Below are positions 49,207 through 60,188 of a stretch of 64,000 nucleotides of DNA, one piece after another. Under the pieces are notes generated by a model. It had not been told where the DNA came from. It did not search any database and worked only from the letters and a program-made list of their open reading frames with translations. The position numbers were made by a program, and so were the translations under genes. The DNA lies in the NCBI GenBank assembly GCA_048886685.1, contig JBHLKM010000004.1, positions 124,342 through 188,341 of the forward strand. The letters run 5' to 3'. Each line of letters begins with the position of its first letter. Within the stretch, counting starts at the first letter, position 1. This DNA comes from Candidatus Hodarchaeota archaeon. GTDB taxonomy: Archaea > Asgardarchaeota > Lokiarchaeia > Sigyniarchaeales > SOKP01.

Positions 49207-50233
49207 GAAAAAGCCCCTCCTTTTCCATGATTTTTTCAATATCTTCATATTTTATTCCCAACGTCGTGTGTACACCATTTTCATCCCAACTTGGATGAGG
49301 ATCGCCGAAATTTGTTGGAGCTGAATAAAATGGTTTACATTTAAGGGAATTTAACATATTACTTCCATAATATTCTCCATATTTCTGAATATAAGCATCA
49401 TGATCTTCACAGCCATAAACCCATTCATCCAACCATCTTTTTGTTCCTTCATCTGACGTCATTAGACCAAAAGCCCAATTATTGAAAAAGCTATCATCTT
49501 TATAATATCCTGCCACGGGAGTTGGATGTGCTCCAAATTTAGCCTTAACAATGGCATTAGTTCTATAAGCTGGAATGATTGTACAATGGGGACTTGACTG
49601 AATGATTTCATGGTCAACAATCTCTTCACATGATACAACAACCTTTTTACTTGCAAGTGCTGCGGCTTGAACGCTTCCCATTGCTCCCCAGTATTGAGCA
49701 TTTCCATATTTATCCGCTCTCTGCACATGTACTATGCATACATCAGGATTTGCAGCAGGTACCGTAAGAATATCTTTTCCTGTATAAGGACACTTAATAA
49801 TCTTAAATTTATTTTCTCCCATAAATGTCCTTTTTTTGAAAAGATCTGTATCAATAGCACTCTCAAGCACAGGCATGAAAGAAAAACCATACATCCCCGC
49901 TTGAAGCCGTGCATTATAATGAAAATTTGAATATTCTTCTACCTCAATTTCTCCTCTTTGCATCCTACGAATCACGTTACCGGTTCCACCAATTACAGAT
50001 ATAAAATTAGTGATTATTTTATCTATGCAATTCGCTCCAGCTAAATATTCAAGATCAATATGACTGGATTGTGAATAAACAGTAAGGTGCTTCTTTTTTT
50101 GTCTGATTACTTCCGAAGCTAATGCGACGCACATTGAAAGTGTATAATTTCCGAGAACTAATTCATCACCATCTTTTACATTATTACTAATGGCTTCCTT
50201 TAGACTCATAACCTTATTATTCGAATTAACCAT
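49199..50233 (-). CDS. Family I CoA-transferase alpha subunit
   Basis: VMSLKEAI, VKDGD, PDVCIVHVQRADKYGN, GAHPT. Confidence 0.9.
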   Translation of the reverse strand: MVNSNNKVMSLKEAISNNVKDGDELVLGNYTLSMCVALASEVIRQKKKHLTVYSQSSHIDLEYLAGANCIDKIITNFISVIGGTGNVIRRMQRGEIEVEEYSNFHYNARLQAGMYGFSFMPVLESAIDTDLFKKRTFMGENKFKIIKCPYTGKDILTVPAANPDVCIVHVQRADKYGNAQYWGAMGSVQAAALASKKVVVSCEEIVDHEIIQSSPHCTIIPAYRTNAIVKAKFGAHPTPVAGYYKDDSFFNNWAFGLMTSDEGTKRWLDEWVYGCEDHDAYIQKYGEYYGSNMLNSLKCKPFYSAPTNFGDPHPSWDENGVHTTLGIKYEDIEKIMEKEGLFHE

Positions 50234-50343
50234 TATTCAATCATCTGTGATAGATATATTATCTAATATTATGGACAAATAATAATAAATATTATTTCTC
50301 AATTCCTTTTATTATCATTTAATTCAAATGGAGAAATATTTGA

Positions 50344-51114
50344 ATGAAAATTGTATTTCATGAAAGATACTATAATTCAGATTACGCAATGGATCCTGCT
50401 GCAAGACAGGGTCGTCTAGAAGGAATTATTGAATTATTACACGAAACTAAAGATTTTGAATTTATAACCCCGAAACCAGCAACAAAAGTAGATATATTGC
50501 GAGCCCATACGGAAAGACATTTTAATAATATTAGAAAAAATTCATTGTTATTTGAATTAGCTTCATTAGCCGCAGGTGGTTCAATCTTAGCCGCTGAAGA
50601 AGGACTTAATGGAAATCCTACTTTTGCAGTAATTCGGCCCCCAGGGCACCATGCTTCAGCAGACTCTTGCTGGGGATTTTGCTATTTTAATAATATAAGT
50701 ATAAGTTTATTGAAATTATTTTCGGAGCGAAAAATCACTTCTGCTTTTGTTTTAGATTTTGATCTCCATACTGGTGATGGTAATATCAATATTCTAACAA
50801 ATAGAGATGATGGATTCAAAGTGAAGATCTTAAATCCAATTTCGAGTGGACATATTAATTACGTTAGAGAAGTTGAGGATTTTATGCAAAATTTAAAAGA
50901 TATTGATATTTTTGTCGCGAGTGCTGGATTTGATCAAGGTATTGAAGATTGGGGCAATCTTTTGTATCCTGAAGATTATTATGAATTAGGTAGACTAATG
51001 AAAGATTATTCGGAAAAACTGTGTAAGGGAAGACGATATGCCTTATTAGAAGGAGGATACAATCACAGCGTATTACCTAAAAATGTAAATGAATTTTGTC
51101 AAGGATTTAAATAA
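50344..51114 (+). CDS. Compact Zn-dependent histone-deacetylase-family (AcuC/AphA-like) protein
   Basis: RPPGHHA, GFCYFNN, DFDLHTGDG, SAGFD, LEGGY. Confidence 0.9.
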   Translation: MKIVFHERYYNSDYAMDPAARQGRLEGIIELLHETKDFEFITPKPATKVDILRAHTERHFNNIRKNSLLFELASLAAGGSILAAEEGLNGNPTFAVIRPPGHHASADSCWGFCYFNNISISLLKLFSERKITSAFVLDFDLHTGDGNINILTNRDDGFKVKILNPISSGHINYVREVEDFMQNLKDIDIFVASAGFDQGIEDWGNLLYPEDYYELGRLMKDYSEKLCKGRRYALLEGGYNHSVLPKNVNEFCQGFK

Positions 51115-51178
51115 AGGATTATTTTTTTAAGGGGAAAAAATCTCATTACATTATATTATCTTTATTAAGAATTTTTAG

Positions 51179-53290
51179 TTGAATATTATGGAAAAGCATC
51201 GAGTAGGTATCATACACTATAGGAAAAAAATTAAATCTTTAAAAAGGGTTATAGAGCTCTCTGGAGCATTCGAAGGATTAAATGGGGATGAGAGAATATT
51301 TTTAAAACCGAATATTGTTTATTGGTTTCCTTCTTGTCCCCCCTATGGGGTTGCAACAACCTCCAGAATAGTTGAAGATACAATCATTTTATTAAAAGAA
51401 CTTGGAATTAAAGATATTACTATAGGTGAAGGGACTGTTACTATGAATCCTAAAGATATTCAGACTACTCAACATGCATTTGAGTATTTAGGATACAATA
51501 GGTTTAAAGAAAAATATGGAATTAAAGTTATTAACGTTCTCGAAAGGCCCTTTAAAAAATTAGATTTAGGTGATAATATTGAATTAAATTTTAATGCTGA
51601 TGCTTTAAACACTGACTATATCATTTCACTTGCAGTTCTTAAGACCCATAGTCAATCAAAAGTAAGCTTGAGTCTAAAAAATTTAAAAGGTCTAATCGAT
51701 GTTACTTCACGAAAAAAATGCCATTCCCCAGATGAAATCAAAGATTTAGAATTTTACTTATACCATCTACCGAAGAAATTACCCCCAGTAATTCCCATTA
51801 TCGATGGTATTTATACTAACGAATTAGGTCCTGGATATGATGGGACGATGAGAAGAAGTAATATATTAATTGCTTCTTCAGATATGTTTTCAGCCGATAA
51901 AATTGGCACTTCAATTCTTGGATATGATCCTTCAGATGTGTCATATTTGTCTTATTATGCTCAAGAAAATAATCGCCCTATTGACTTTTCAGATATTGAG
52001 GTTATTGGAAAATCTATTGAGAGTATTAGCGATCCTCATAGATATCAATTTCCATACACGGAGGATCATACGCTTCCACTAGCACTTTCTAAGCAAGGTG
52101 TTAAGGGAATATCTTATCGTCAATATGATAATACAACTTGCACTTATTGTGCCCTTATTACAGGATTACTCCCCATAGCAATTACATATGCCTGGAATAG
52201 TTCACAAGGAGATCCTTGGGATAATATTGAGGTTATTATGGGAAAAAGGATGAAACCTACTCCAGGAAAGAAAAAGACAATCTTATTAGGACAGTGCATG
52301 GTAAATAAACACAGGAATAATCCAGATATTAATGAAATGCTCCCTATAAAGGGTTGTCCTGTAAAATTAGAAAACATAGCAAAAGTTTTTCATCAAGCAG
52401 GTGTAAATATTCATCCAGAATTTTTTGAAAATCTTGATAATATTGCTCGATTTCTTGGTTTAGTATATAAAAATCGGTTTAATGAATTTCAAGAGTCTTT
52501 TTTTAATGATGAAGTTAAGGATGAAACTGTCCCTCCTATAGATAATATCGGTGTAAGTCAATTTTTCTTAGATGGCAGAGGTTCAAAAGATTTACCAGAA
52601 AAACAAGGTAAATTTGAAGTGAGATTTTTTGGATTAGTTGGAGAAAAGAATACTAATGCAATAAAAAATATTACAGTTGAAGGTCCAAAAGGATATGAAT
52701 TTCAATTTAAAAACCAACCCTTTGACTATCGAAATGGAAATGGATATATAGTTGACAACTACAATCGTCAGATGGTGTGGTACCTTGGGTATGATAGAAA
52801 TGGCTTTTTAGAAGATGGAGAGTATAAATTTAAGATAGATTATTGGAATGGTGAGACGCGATTTAAAACTCGCATTTTAGACGCTAATAATAAATTATTA
52901 GAGAATTATTTGAAACTTAAAAACAGGATTGAATATTCCTATGAGGAAAAATCTAAATACATGGGAGATCCAAAGATTTATGTTAATGCAAAATGGACAA
53001 CGCTGGATAAATTAAAAGGTGTCGATGCCTATTATGCGTTTTATGTTTCTAAAGGAAGAGAGGATTTCATTAATTTACATGATTTGACTCATTTTGACAA
53101 TATATTTGCAACCTCAATTTTAATCCCTTCTTATGGATTGAATAAAAATTCAGGGTTAATAAACACTCGATGGAGACCATTAACTCCTGATACTTATTAC
53201 TCATGGGTAACCGAAATTTGCGACTTTAATACATATAAAAATATTAATATGACGATTCATCAGCCAACTCAATATTTTAAAACTAATTAA
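51179..53290 (+). CDS. DUF362-family Fe-S protein with an extra C-terminal beta-rich domain
   Basis: LKPN, GEG, LKTH, SLKNLKG, IIDG; CTYC...GQC...GCP. Confidence 0.8.
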   Translation: MNIMEKHRVGIIHYRKKIKSLKRVIELSGAFEGLNGDERIFLKPNIVYWFPSCPPYGVATTSRIVEDTIILLKELGIKDITIGEGTVTMNPKDIQTTQHAFEYLGYNRFKEKYGIKVINVLERPFKKLDLGDNIELNFNADALNTDYIISLAVLKTHSQSKVSLSLKNLKGLIDVTSRKKCHSPDEIKDLEFYLYHLPKKLPPVIPIIDGIYTNELGPGYDGTMRRSNILIASSDMFSADKIGTSILGYDPSDVSYLSYYAQENNRPIDFSDIEVIGKSIESISDPHRYQFPYTEDHTLPLALSKQGVKGISYRQYDNTTCTYCALITGLLPIAITYAWNSSQGDPWDNIEVIMGKRMKPTPGKKKTILLGQCMVNKHRNNPDINEMLPIKGCPVKLENIAKVFHQAGVNIHPEFFENLDNIARFLGLVYKNRFNEFQESFFNDEVKDETVPPIDNIGVSQFFLDGRGSKDLPEKQGKFEVRFFGLVGEKNTNAIKNITVEGPKGYEFQFKNQPFDYRNGNGYIVDNYNRQMVWYLGYDRNGFLEDGEYKFKIDYWNGETRFKTRILDANNKLLENYLKLKNRIEYSYEEKSKYMGDPKIYVNAKWTTLDKLKGVDAYYAFYVSKGREDFINLHDLTHFDNIFATSILIPSYGLNKNSGLINTRWRPLTPDTYYSWVTEICDFNTYKNINMTIHQPTQYFKTN

Positions 53291-53306
53291 CGAGAATGGG
53301 TTTTAT

Positions 53307-53939
53307 ATGGATAAGAAAGAAATGGTTAGAGTCGGTTATAATGAAGCTGCCCAGAAGCTGGAAAAAATCCTGGGTGTATTTAGAGAAGAAGAGGAAGAAA
53401 TTAGAGCTTTATCTGAATTCTCGTCTCGAATAGAATCAAATAGTCGAGTGTTGGATGTTGGTTGTGGAAATGGCGCGTATTCTCGAATTTTAAGTGAGAA
53501 ATTCGAAGTAATTGGTGTGGATATCTCCGAAAAACAAATTGAGTTAGCGAAACAAAATGCTCCTAATGCTAAATTTATTTGTCAAGATATAACAAGAGTT
53601 AGTTTCCCTGATGAGCAATTTAATGGAATCCTGGCTTACTATTCTATAATTCATATACCAAGAGAGGAGCATTATGAACTCTTAAGAAAATTTCATCGTA
53701 TGTTAAAAACGAAGGGTATTATTCTCATAATTTTTGAGAATTTTGATAATCCTGAATCTTATAATGGAGATTTTTTTGGAACTGGATCCAAAATGTTTTG
53801 GAGTGGTTTTGACAAAGAAACTAATATAAAAATGGTTCAAGAAGTGGGATTTAAAATCATTTGGTCGAAATTGGTGCAAGAATCACCTAAATGGGGAAGT
53901 ACCTATCATTTATTTATAATGGCAGAGAAGGTACTGTAA
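53307..53939 (+). CDS. Class I SAM-dependent methyltransferase
   Basis: VLDVGCGNG, GVDIS, YSIIHIP. Confidence 0.9.
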   Translation: MDKKEMVRVGYNEAAQKLEKILGVFREEEEEIRALSEFSSRIESNSRVLDVGCGNGAYSRILSEKFEVIGVDISEKQIELAKQNAPNAKFICQDITRVSFPDEQFNGILAYYSIIHIPREEHYELLRKFHRMLKTKGIILIIFENFDNPESYNGDFFGTGSKMFWSGFDKETNIKMVQEVGFKIIWSKLVQESPKWGSTYHLFIMAEKVL

Positions 53940-54009
53940 TACTTTCTTAAAAAAATCAAATTTTGACTAATTCAAAATTAAAAAAAAATAGATTTTTTAT
54001 TATTGAATC

Positions 54010-55743
54010 TTATAAGGGGATTAAGGGCTTTTCCTTTTTTTCTAATTCCATTTCCCTTAACTTTCTTCGAAACACTTTGCCTATTGCTGTTCTTGGTAAA
54101 GATCTTAAGAATTCTACATGGCGAGGATATTTATATGTTGCCATCTTTTCTTTAGCCCATTCAATAATATCGCGCTCAGTGATCCCTTTATCTTTATAAT
54201 CTTGTTTAAGAACGATGAATGCTTTTATTGTTTCACCTATATTGGGGTCTGGTATACCTATTACACCTGCTTCTAAAATTGCAGGATGTTCCATTAACTT
54301 TTCTTCAACCTCCCTTGGCATCACCTTATAACCCTTGTATTTTACCATATCTTTAGTACGACCCTCAATATAGAAGTATCCATCATTGTCCATTCTTGCA
54401 AGATCACCTGTTCTTAACCAGCCATCTACAAAAGTTGCTGCTGTGGCTTCAGGTCTCTTCCAATATCCTTTCATTACCTGAGGTCCCTTAATTAATAATT
54501 CACCTATCTCATTAATCGCTAATTCATCTAATGTGTCTGGATTTATGATTTTAGCATCAGTATCTATAATAGGCATCCCTATACTCTCAGGTTTAATTCC
54601 TTGCATCCATCGTGCAGCTCCATGTGTGCCTGGTGAAGTTTCGGTAAGGCCATATCCTTGGAAAACCTTGGTTCCAACAACATCTTCCCACTTTCTTGCG
54701 AGTTCTGGTGCTAATGGTGCGGAACCAGAACTTGCACTTTCTAAGCTTGAAAGATCTCGCTCTGTAAAATCAGGACAATTAATTAGCATTTGAAACATAA
54801 CTGGTACACCAACAAATAATTCAATTTTGTAGAATTCAATAGCTTCTAAAATTTCAACAGGATCAAAAGAAGCAAATATTACCATCATAGCTGCAGATGC
54901 CATATAAATAAGTGCTACGGTAAAACCAAATGCATGACAGAGTGGTAAAATAGCTAAATTTACAATCTTTCCTACTAGTGCTTCCAACTCTTCACGAGTT
55001 GAATCACCTAAATTACTATAGATAATTTGAAGACTATTAGCAACTAAATTTGTATGCGTCAACATAACTCCTTTTGGTAAGCCTGTTGTACCTCCAGTAA
55101 ATAATAATGCTGCAAGGTCATTATCTGGATCTATATCCACTTCTGGAGCATTGGCAGCCTTACCTTCTATAAATTCTTCAAGGGTAATCGCGTCATCTTT
55201 TGCTTCTTCAGTAGCTAATAAAATTACATCTTTTATTTCAACTTCTTTCCGAGTTCTTTTGATAGTTCTATAATTAGCTTTATGGACAAAAACAACCTTT
55301 ATATGACCTGATTCTCGAACAATATGGATCACATCCGATTCTTTAAGAAGTGGATTGATTGGTACGACAGTGGCACCAGTTTCTAAGATTCCTAAGAGAC
55401 AAAATAAAAATTCAGGACAATTTCCTGACATTATACCAACTGCATCCCCCTTTCTAATACCTAGTTCGTACAAAGCGTTAGCAATTTTATCTGCATAATT
55501 CAGAACTTCTCGATATGTATATTTTTTATCTGAGGGTTTATGATAAATACATACGTTATTAAGATGTTTAGACGCGTTTACCTTTATAAAATCATGAACA
55601 GGTATTGGGGCGAAGTGTATTGAATTTGGTAAGCTTGGTGGTCGACTTTTCAACCAAGGTCGATTTGGATCCTCAATATATGGCGACATATTTTCATAAT
55701 CAAACTCAGCTTCCCAATCTGAATAATCTTTTATAATATTCAC
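54010..55743 (-). CDS. Long-chain acyl-CoA synthetase (AMP-forming)
   Basis: FTGGTTGLPKG, QGYGLTE, TGD, PRTAIGK. Confidence 0.93.
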   Translation of the reverse strand: MNIIKDYSDWEAEFDYENMSPYIEDPNRPWLKSRPPSLPNSIHFAPIPVHDFIKVNASKHLNNVCIYHKPSDKKYTYREVLNYADKIANALYELGIRKGDAVGIMSGNCPEFLFCLLGILETGATVVPINPLLKESDVIHIVRESGHIKVVFVHKANYRTIKRTRKEVEIKDVILLATEEAKDDAITLEEFIEGKAANAPEVDIDPDNDLAALLFTGGTTGLPKGVMLTHTNLVANSLQIIYSNLGDSTREELEALVGKIVNLAILPLCHAFGFTVALIYMASAAMMVIFASFDPVEILEAIEFYKIELFVGVPVMFQMLINCPDFTERDLSSLESASSGSAPLAPELARKWEDVVGTKVFQGYGLTETSPGTHGAARWMQGIKPESIGMPIIDTDAKIINPDTLDELAINEIGELLIKGPQVMKGYWKRPEATAATFVDGWLRTGDLARMDNDGYFYIEGRTKDMVKYKGYKVMPREVEEKLMEHPAILEAGVIGIPDPNIGETIKAFIVLKQDYKDKGITERDIIEWAKEKMATYKYPRHVEFLRSLPRTAIGKVFRRKLREMELEKKEKPLIPL

Positions 55744-55858
55744 CTCTTAAAAATTTAGTTAAAAAGACTTGGATTAATTATATAATTGCATTATTTTCAT
55801 TTTTAAACATTTTGGTCAAATATAATAAAAATAGGAAAAAAACTGATTCAATTTAGTT

Positions 55859-57574
55859 CTATAAAGTAGTTAAGGGTTTTTCTTTTTCTTGCTTTTCTAT
55901 TGCACTTTCTCTTAGTTTTCTTCTAAAGATTTTACCAACAGCAGTTCGAGGTAGTACATTTATGAACTCTACTTGACGAGGGTATTTATATGCTGCTAAT
56001 CTTTCTTTTGACCACTCAATAATTTCACGTTCAGTAATTTTATCTTTATATTCTGAATTTATTACAACATATGCTTTAATTGTCTCCCCTATGTTTGGAT
56101 CTGGAACACCAACTACCCCTGCTTCTACTATTGCTGGATGTTCTACGAGTTTTTCTTCTACTTCTCTTGCCATAACCTTGTAACCCTTATATTTAACCAT
56201 ATCTTTAGTGCGTCCCTCAATATAAAAATACCCATCCTCATCCATTCTCGCTAAATCGCCTGTTCTTAACCATCCATCTATAATGTCTTTTTTGGTAGCT
56301 TCCGGATTTTTCCAGTATCCTTTCATTACGTTTGGACCTTTTATTAATAATTCACCAATTTCCCCAAGTTTTAGCTCTTCCAAAGTATCAGGATTTACTA
56401 TTTTAACATCCGTATCTATATTAGGAACACCAATACTGTTTGGTTTAATTTCAGGCATCCATGATGCAGCTGATGTGGCAAATGCTAATGATTCTGTGAG
56501 ACCATAACCTTGACCTACTTTAAATCCAACAACCTTTTCCCATTTATTATTAAATTCTGGAGCCAATGCAGCAGATCCAGACCCTGCAGATTCAAGACTA
56601 GATAAATCTGTTTCTGTGAATTCGGGCGAATTGATTATCATTTGATACATTACTGGAACTCCGACAAATAAGGAAACTCGATAATAATCAATTGCTTTTA
56701 ATACTTCAGAGGGATTGAAAGGAAACATTACTAGCATAGAAGCAAGATATAATGCAATTATCAATATACCGAATCCCATAGCATGACATAATGGTAAAAT
56801 TGATAAATTAATAAAATTTCCCACCCTCTCTTCATATTCATCCCCCGATGCATAAGCTAAAGAAAGACAACTATGAAGAAGTCCATCATGTGTCCATATT
56901 ACCCCTTTAGGGAGCCCAGTGGTACCACCCGTAAACATCAATGCCACAATATCATTTATAGGATCAATATCTACATCTGGGGGAGAAGGTCTTGTATCCT
57001 TTATGAATTCACTAAAAAGAGTCGCATCTATTTTGTCTTCTTCGGTACCGATTAATATCACATTCTCAAAATTAACTTGTTTTCTTACTCTTTTTACAGT
57101 TCTAAAATTATTCTTATGCACAAAAAAGGCTTTAACATTTCCTGCTTCTCGTACTATATGAGAAACATCTGACTCTTTAAGCAATGGATTCACAGGTATA
57201 ACAATTGCTCCAGTTTCCATAATACCTATACAACAGAAAATAAACTCAGCACAATTTTCTGACATTATAGCAACAGAATGCCCTTTTTTAACTCCCAGTT
57301 TCGATAATGCATTTCCTATTTTATCCGAATAATAAATTAATTCACGATAAGTATATTTTTTGTCGGTTGGTTTGTGATAAACACAGACGTTATTTGGATA
57401 TTGTCGTGCAATCCATTTAATAAACTCATGGATTGAAATTGGATCAAATTTTATTGATTTTGGCACATTAGGCTCTCGAAACTTTAGCCATGGTCTATTT
57501 GGGTTCACATATGGTGATTCATTCTCAAAATCTAAATTTATTTTCCAATCTGAATAGTCCTTCATTACATCCAC
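55859..57574 (-). CDS. Long-chain acyl-CoA synthetase, tandem paralogue
   Basis: FTGGTTGLPKG, QGYGLTE, TGD, PRTAVGK; long stretches identical to 54010..55743. Confidence 0.93.
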   Translation of the reverse strand: MDVMKDYSDWKINLDFENESPYVNPNRPWLKFREPNVPKSIKFDPISIHEFIKWIARQYPNNVCVYHKPTDKKYTYRELIYYSDKIGNALSKLGVKKGHSVAIMSENCAEFIFCCIGIMETGAIVIPVNPLLKESDVSHIVREAGNVKAFFVHKNNFRTVKRVRKQVNFENVILIGTEEDKIDATLFSEFIKDTRPSPPDVDIDPINDIVALMFTGGTTGLPKGVIWTHDGLLHSCLSLAYASGDEYEERVGNFINLSILPLCHAMGFGILIIALYLASMLVMFPFNPSEVLKAIDYYRVSLFVGVPVMYQMIINSPEFTETDLSSLESAGSGSAALAPEFNNKWEKVVGFKVGQGYGLTESLAFATSAASWMPEIKPNSIGVPNIDTDVKIVNPDTLEELKLGEIGELLIKGPNVMKGYWKNPEATKKDIIDGWLRTGDLARMDEDGYFYIEGRTKDMVKYKGYKVMAREVEEKLVEHPAIVEAGVVGVPDPNIGETIKAYVVINSEYKDKITEREIIEWSKERLAAYKYPRQVEFINVLPRTAVGKIFRRKLRESAIEKQEKEKPLTTL

Positions 57575-57673
57575 CTTAGAAAAGTTGAATTAAAATTAGA
57601 ATTCATATACTTATAAATATTTTGGAAAAAGAAAATTAAAAAAGAAGAAAAAAGAAATATTAAAGTAGAAATC

Positions 57674-59008
57674 TTATTTAATTTGAAAGAAAGACTCATC
57701 GAATTCTGGTCTTCCTTTGTATTTTGCCATTAAGAATCCAGCGCCCCCCTGACTTACATTCTGTAACATCGATGAAGGAAGTTCGATTCCAATTTGGCTA
57801 AAAGCTTGTCTAACATCTTCCATCGAAGGAGGACAGCCTCTAATTGGAATCATTTCTTTTATATCTGGATGATCTTTATTTTTGTTATATTGACATTGCC
57901 CAATGAGAATGGTTTTGTTCATACCTGGAGATGGTTCCTGAATTTTACCATTTAGGAATTCGACATTATCAAAAGGCTTACCCTTCCTCCCCAACCATGC
58001 GTTTTTGATAATAAGTAATAAGATTCCGTTAATACTTGAGCAATAAGTACATAAAGTACTATCATATTTATGATATTTCAATCCCTGAACACCAATTCTC
58101 TTGAATGGAAGTGGAAGATCTCCTGCATCATTATAAATAAAATCCCATTCATGATGAGACGCAAGATTTTCTATTTTTTCACCAACAATTTCAACATCCG
58201 ATAAATCCATTGGTCTATTTCTGTCTTTTGCTGCTTGTACTAAATGAGGAACATCAGTAGGCTCAATACCTAATAATTTTGTACCTACCATATCTGCAGA
58301 TAAAATTTCTGTTGAAGCTACAAGAATGTCTTTTCTATGAGCTTTTCCATCAATAGCAGGTCCTCGTTCAAGAGTATAGAGTCCATCAATAATAGTTAAT
58401 ACCTTTTTTAACTTATTAGGTAATTGAGCAACATTATAATGCAAATCTTTAACTGGATCATCGCTATGAAACTTCTTACGAGAAGCATAATTGATCAGTC
58501 CCTTTAAATTTTTAAAACCTAATGAAACTACCGCTTGACTATGTGTTTTAAGAACAGGAATATCTATAACAACATCCGCGGCTAAAGCAACCGAACTGAA
58601 ATTGACTTTAAAACCGGTATCTAAATCTATCTTCTCAAATGGATGTTCAAAAGTATTGATTGGTTTTACACCATATCTTTCTTTAAGAATATTATATCCT
58701 AATTTCTCAAATGCGTCTGCTGCCGTTTCGGTATCCGTAACATCACCCGTTACAATCCCTTCACCAATTGAGATATTATCAATTCCTCGTTCTTTAAGTA
58801 ATACAACAACATCTTCAATAATACGTGATGATGTAATCACACCCCATTTTGGGAAATTGGTAGAACGATACCAGGATACAATGTTAGGTTTAATAAATAC
58901 TTTTGCATCCTTGGGGATCTCGTCAAATAAATTTACTAATTCAACTAATTTTCTAACCGATTCAAGAGGTTGCTCGTATTTTACAATAGAAACTTTTGAT
59001 TTACTCAT
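57674..59008 (-). CDS. DUF362-family Fe-S protein (paralogue of the N-terminal part of 51179..53290)
   Basis: IKPN, GEG, LKTH, FKNLKG, IIDG; CTYC...GQC...GCPP. Confidence 0.82.
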   Translation of the reverse strand: MSKSKVSIVKYEQPLESVRKLVELVNLFDEIPKDAKVFIKPNIVSWYRSTNFPKWGVITSSRIIEDVVVLLKERGIDNISIGEGIVTGDVTDTETAADAFEKLGYNILKERYGVKPINTFEHPFEKIDLDTGFKVNFSSVALAADVVIDIPVLKTHSQAVVSLGFKNLKGLINYASRKKFHSDDPVKDLHYNVAQLPNKLKKVLTIIDGLYTLERGPAIDGKAHRKDILVASTEILSADMVGTKLLGIEPTDVPHLVQAAKDRNRPMDLSDVEIVGEKIENLASHHEWDFIYNDAGDLPLPFKRIGVQGLKYHKYDSTLCTYCSSINGILLLIIKNAWLGRKGKPFDNVEFLNGKIQEPSPGMNKTILIGQCQYNKNKDHPDIKEMIPIRGCPPSMEDVRQAFSQIGIELPSSMLQNVSQGGAGFLMAKYKGRPEFDESFFQIK

Positions 59009-59111
59009 ATTTTTACACCAATGTGCATTTAATATAGAAATGAATCTGGGATTTCTTAAAAATTAATTTGTTGTTAAAAATAATTAAATAATTTGATTCA
59101 GAAATATTAAT

Positions 59112-60170
59112 ATGAAGTTTTCTTTTTCTATACCCGTTCCTACACCTCGATTAGAATACATGATTGAAGGTGTAAAAAAATCAGAAGCATGTGGATTTGA
59201 TGCGGTTTTTTATGCTGATCATACAACTATGCTCCCTCCAGGTCCAGGAAGGTGTTTTGATGCATATATTTTTTTAACTGCACTTGCGATGGTAACTAAT
59301 AAAATTAAGCTTTGTACTGGAGTATCTGATTGTCATCGGTTTCATCCTGCTCTAATGGCCCATAAGGTTGCTTCTCTGGACGTAATATCCAATGGAAGGG
59401 CTATGATTGGTATTGGTGCTGGAGAAGCAATGAATATTGATATATATGGATTAAAAAGAGAAAGATGTCTATCAAAGTTAGAGGAATATATCAAGCTTCT
59501 AAGAAGTTTTTGGACAAAAAGAAGGATTAATCTAGATAGCCAGTTTTGGGGCAATCTTAGAAATGCCTATATTCAAATAAAACCAGTTCAAAAAACACCA
59601 CCAATTTATTTGGCTGCAAATAGCCCTAAAACAAGAATCCTAACTGGGGAGATAGGCGATGGTTGGTACCCTATTGTTGAAACCCCTAAGACATATAAAG
59701 AAAATTGTGAGGAAGTTAAAGAGGGTGCTAAAAAAATCGGAAGAGATCCAGCTGAGATTGATTATGTTTTAAATTGTTTTATAGCAATAGACGATGGCCA
59801 TCCTGAAAAAGCTAGAGAAAGATGTGAGTTTTTTAAAGGTTCATATCTAGTAAATCCTACGAAGACAAATCAGGCTTATCCGGGCTTAAATTTACCTGAA
59901 AACCTAACTATACATAACTTCCTTATGGATAGTGAGGGAGCTGCGGAATTAATGGAAAGTATTGATTGTCTTCCTGATTCCATCCTTGATGATATGAATT
60001 GTATCGGTACCACTGATGATGTTATTGCTAGCATAGAAAAATTCAAAAATGCTGGAGCAACACATTTCTCTTTTATGAATAGAGGTCCTGATGTAAATAA
60101 AGTATATGATATTTTCAAAGAGAAAATAATCCCATATTTTATAGATTTAGAAGAGCAACAAAAAGTGTAA
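59112..60170 (+). CDS. LLM-class (luciferase-like, probably F420-dependent) oxidoreductase
   Basis: ADH, HPA...VASLDVISNGR, GAGE, PPIYLAA, GDGW. Confidence 0.88.
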   Translation: MKFSFSIPVPTPRLEYMIEGVKKSEACGFDAVFYADHTTMLPPGPGRCFDAYIFLTALAMVTNKIKLCTGVSDCHRFHPALMAHKVASLDVISNGRAMIGIGAGEAMNIDIYGLKRERCLSKLEEYIKLLRSFWTKRRINLDSQFWGNLRNAYIQIKPVQKTPPIYLAANSPKTRILTGEIGDGWYPIVETPKTYKENCEEVKEGAKKIGRDPAEIDYVLNCFIAIDDGHPEKARERCEFFKGSYLVNPTKTNQAYPGLNLPENLTIHNFLMDSEGAAELMESIDCLPDSILDDMNCIGTTDDVIASIEKFKNAGATHFSFMNRGPDVNKVYDIFKEKIIPYFIDLEEQQKV

Positions 60171-60188
60171 AACTAAATATGTGTGAAA

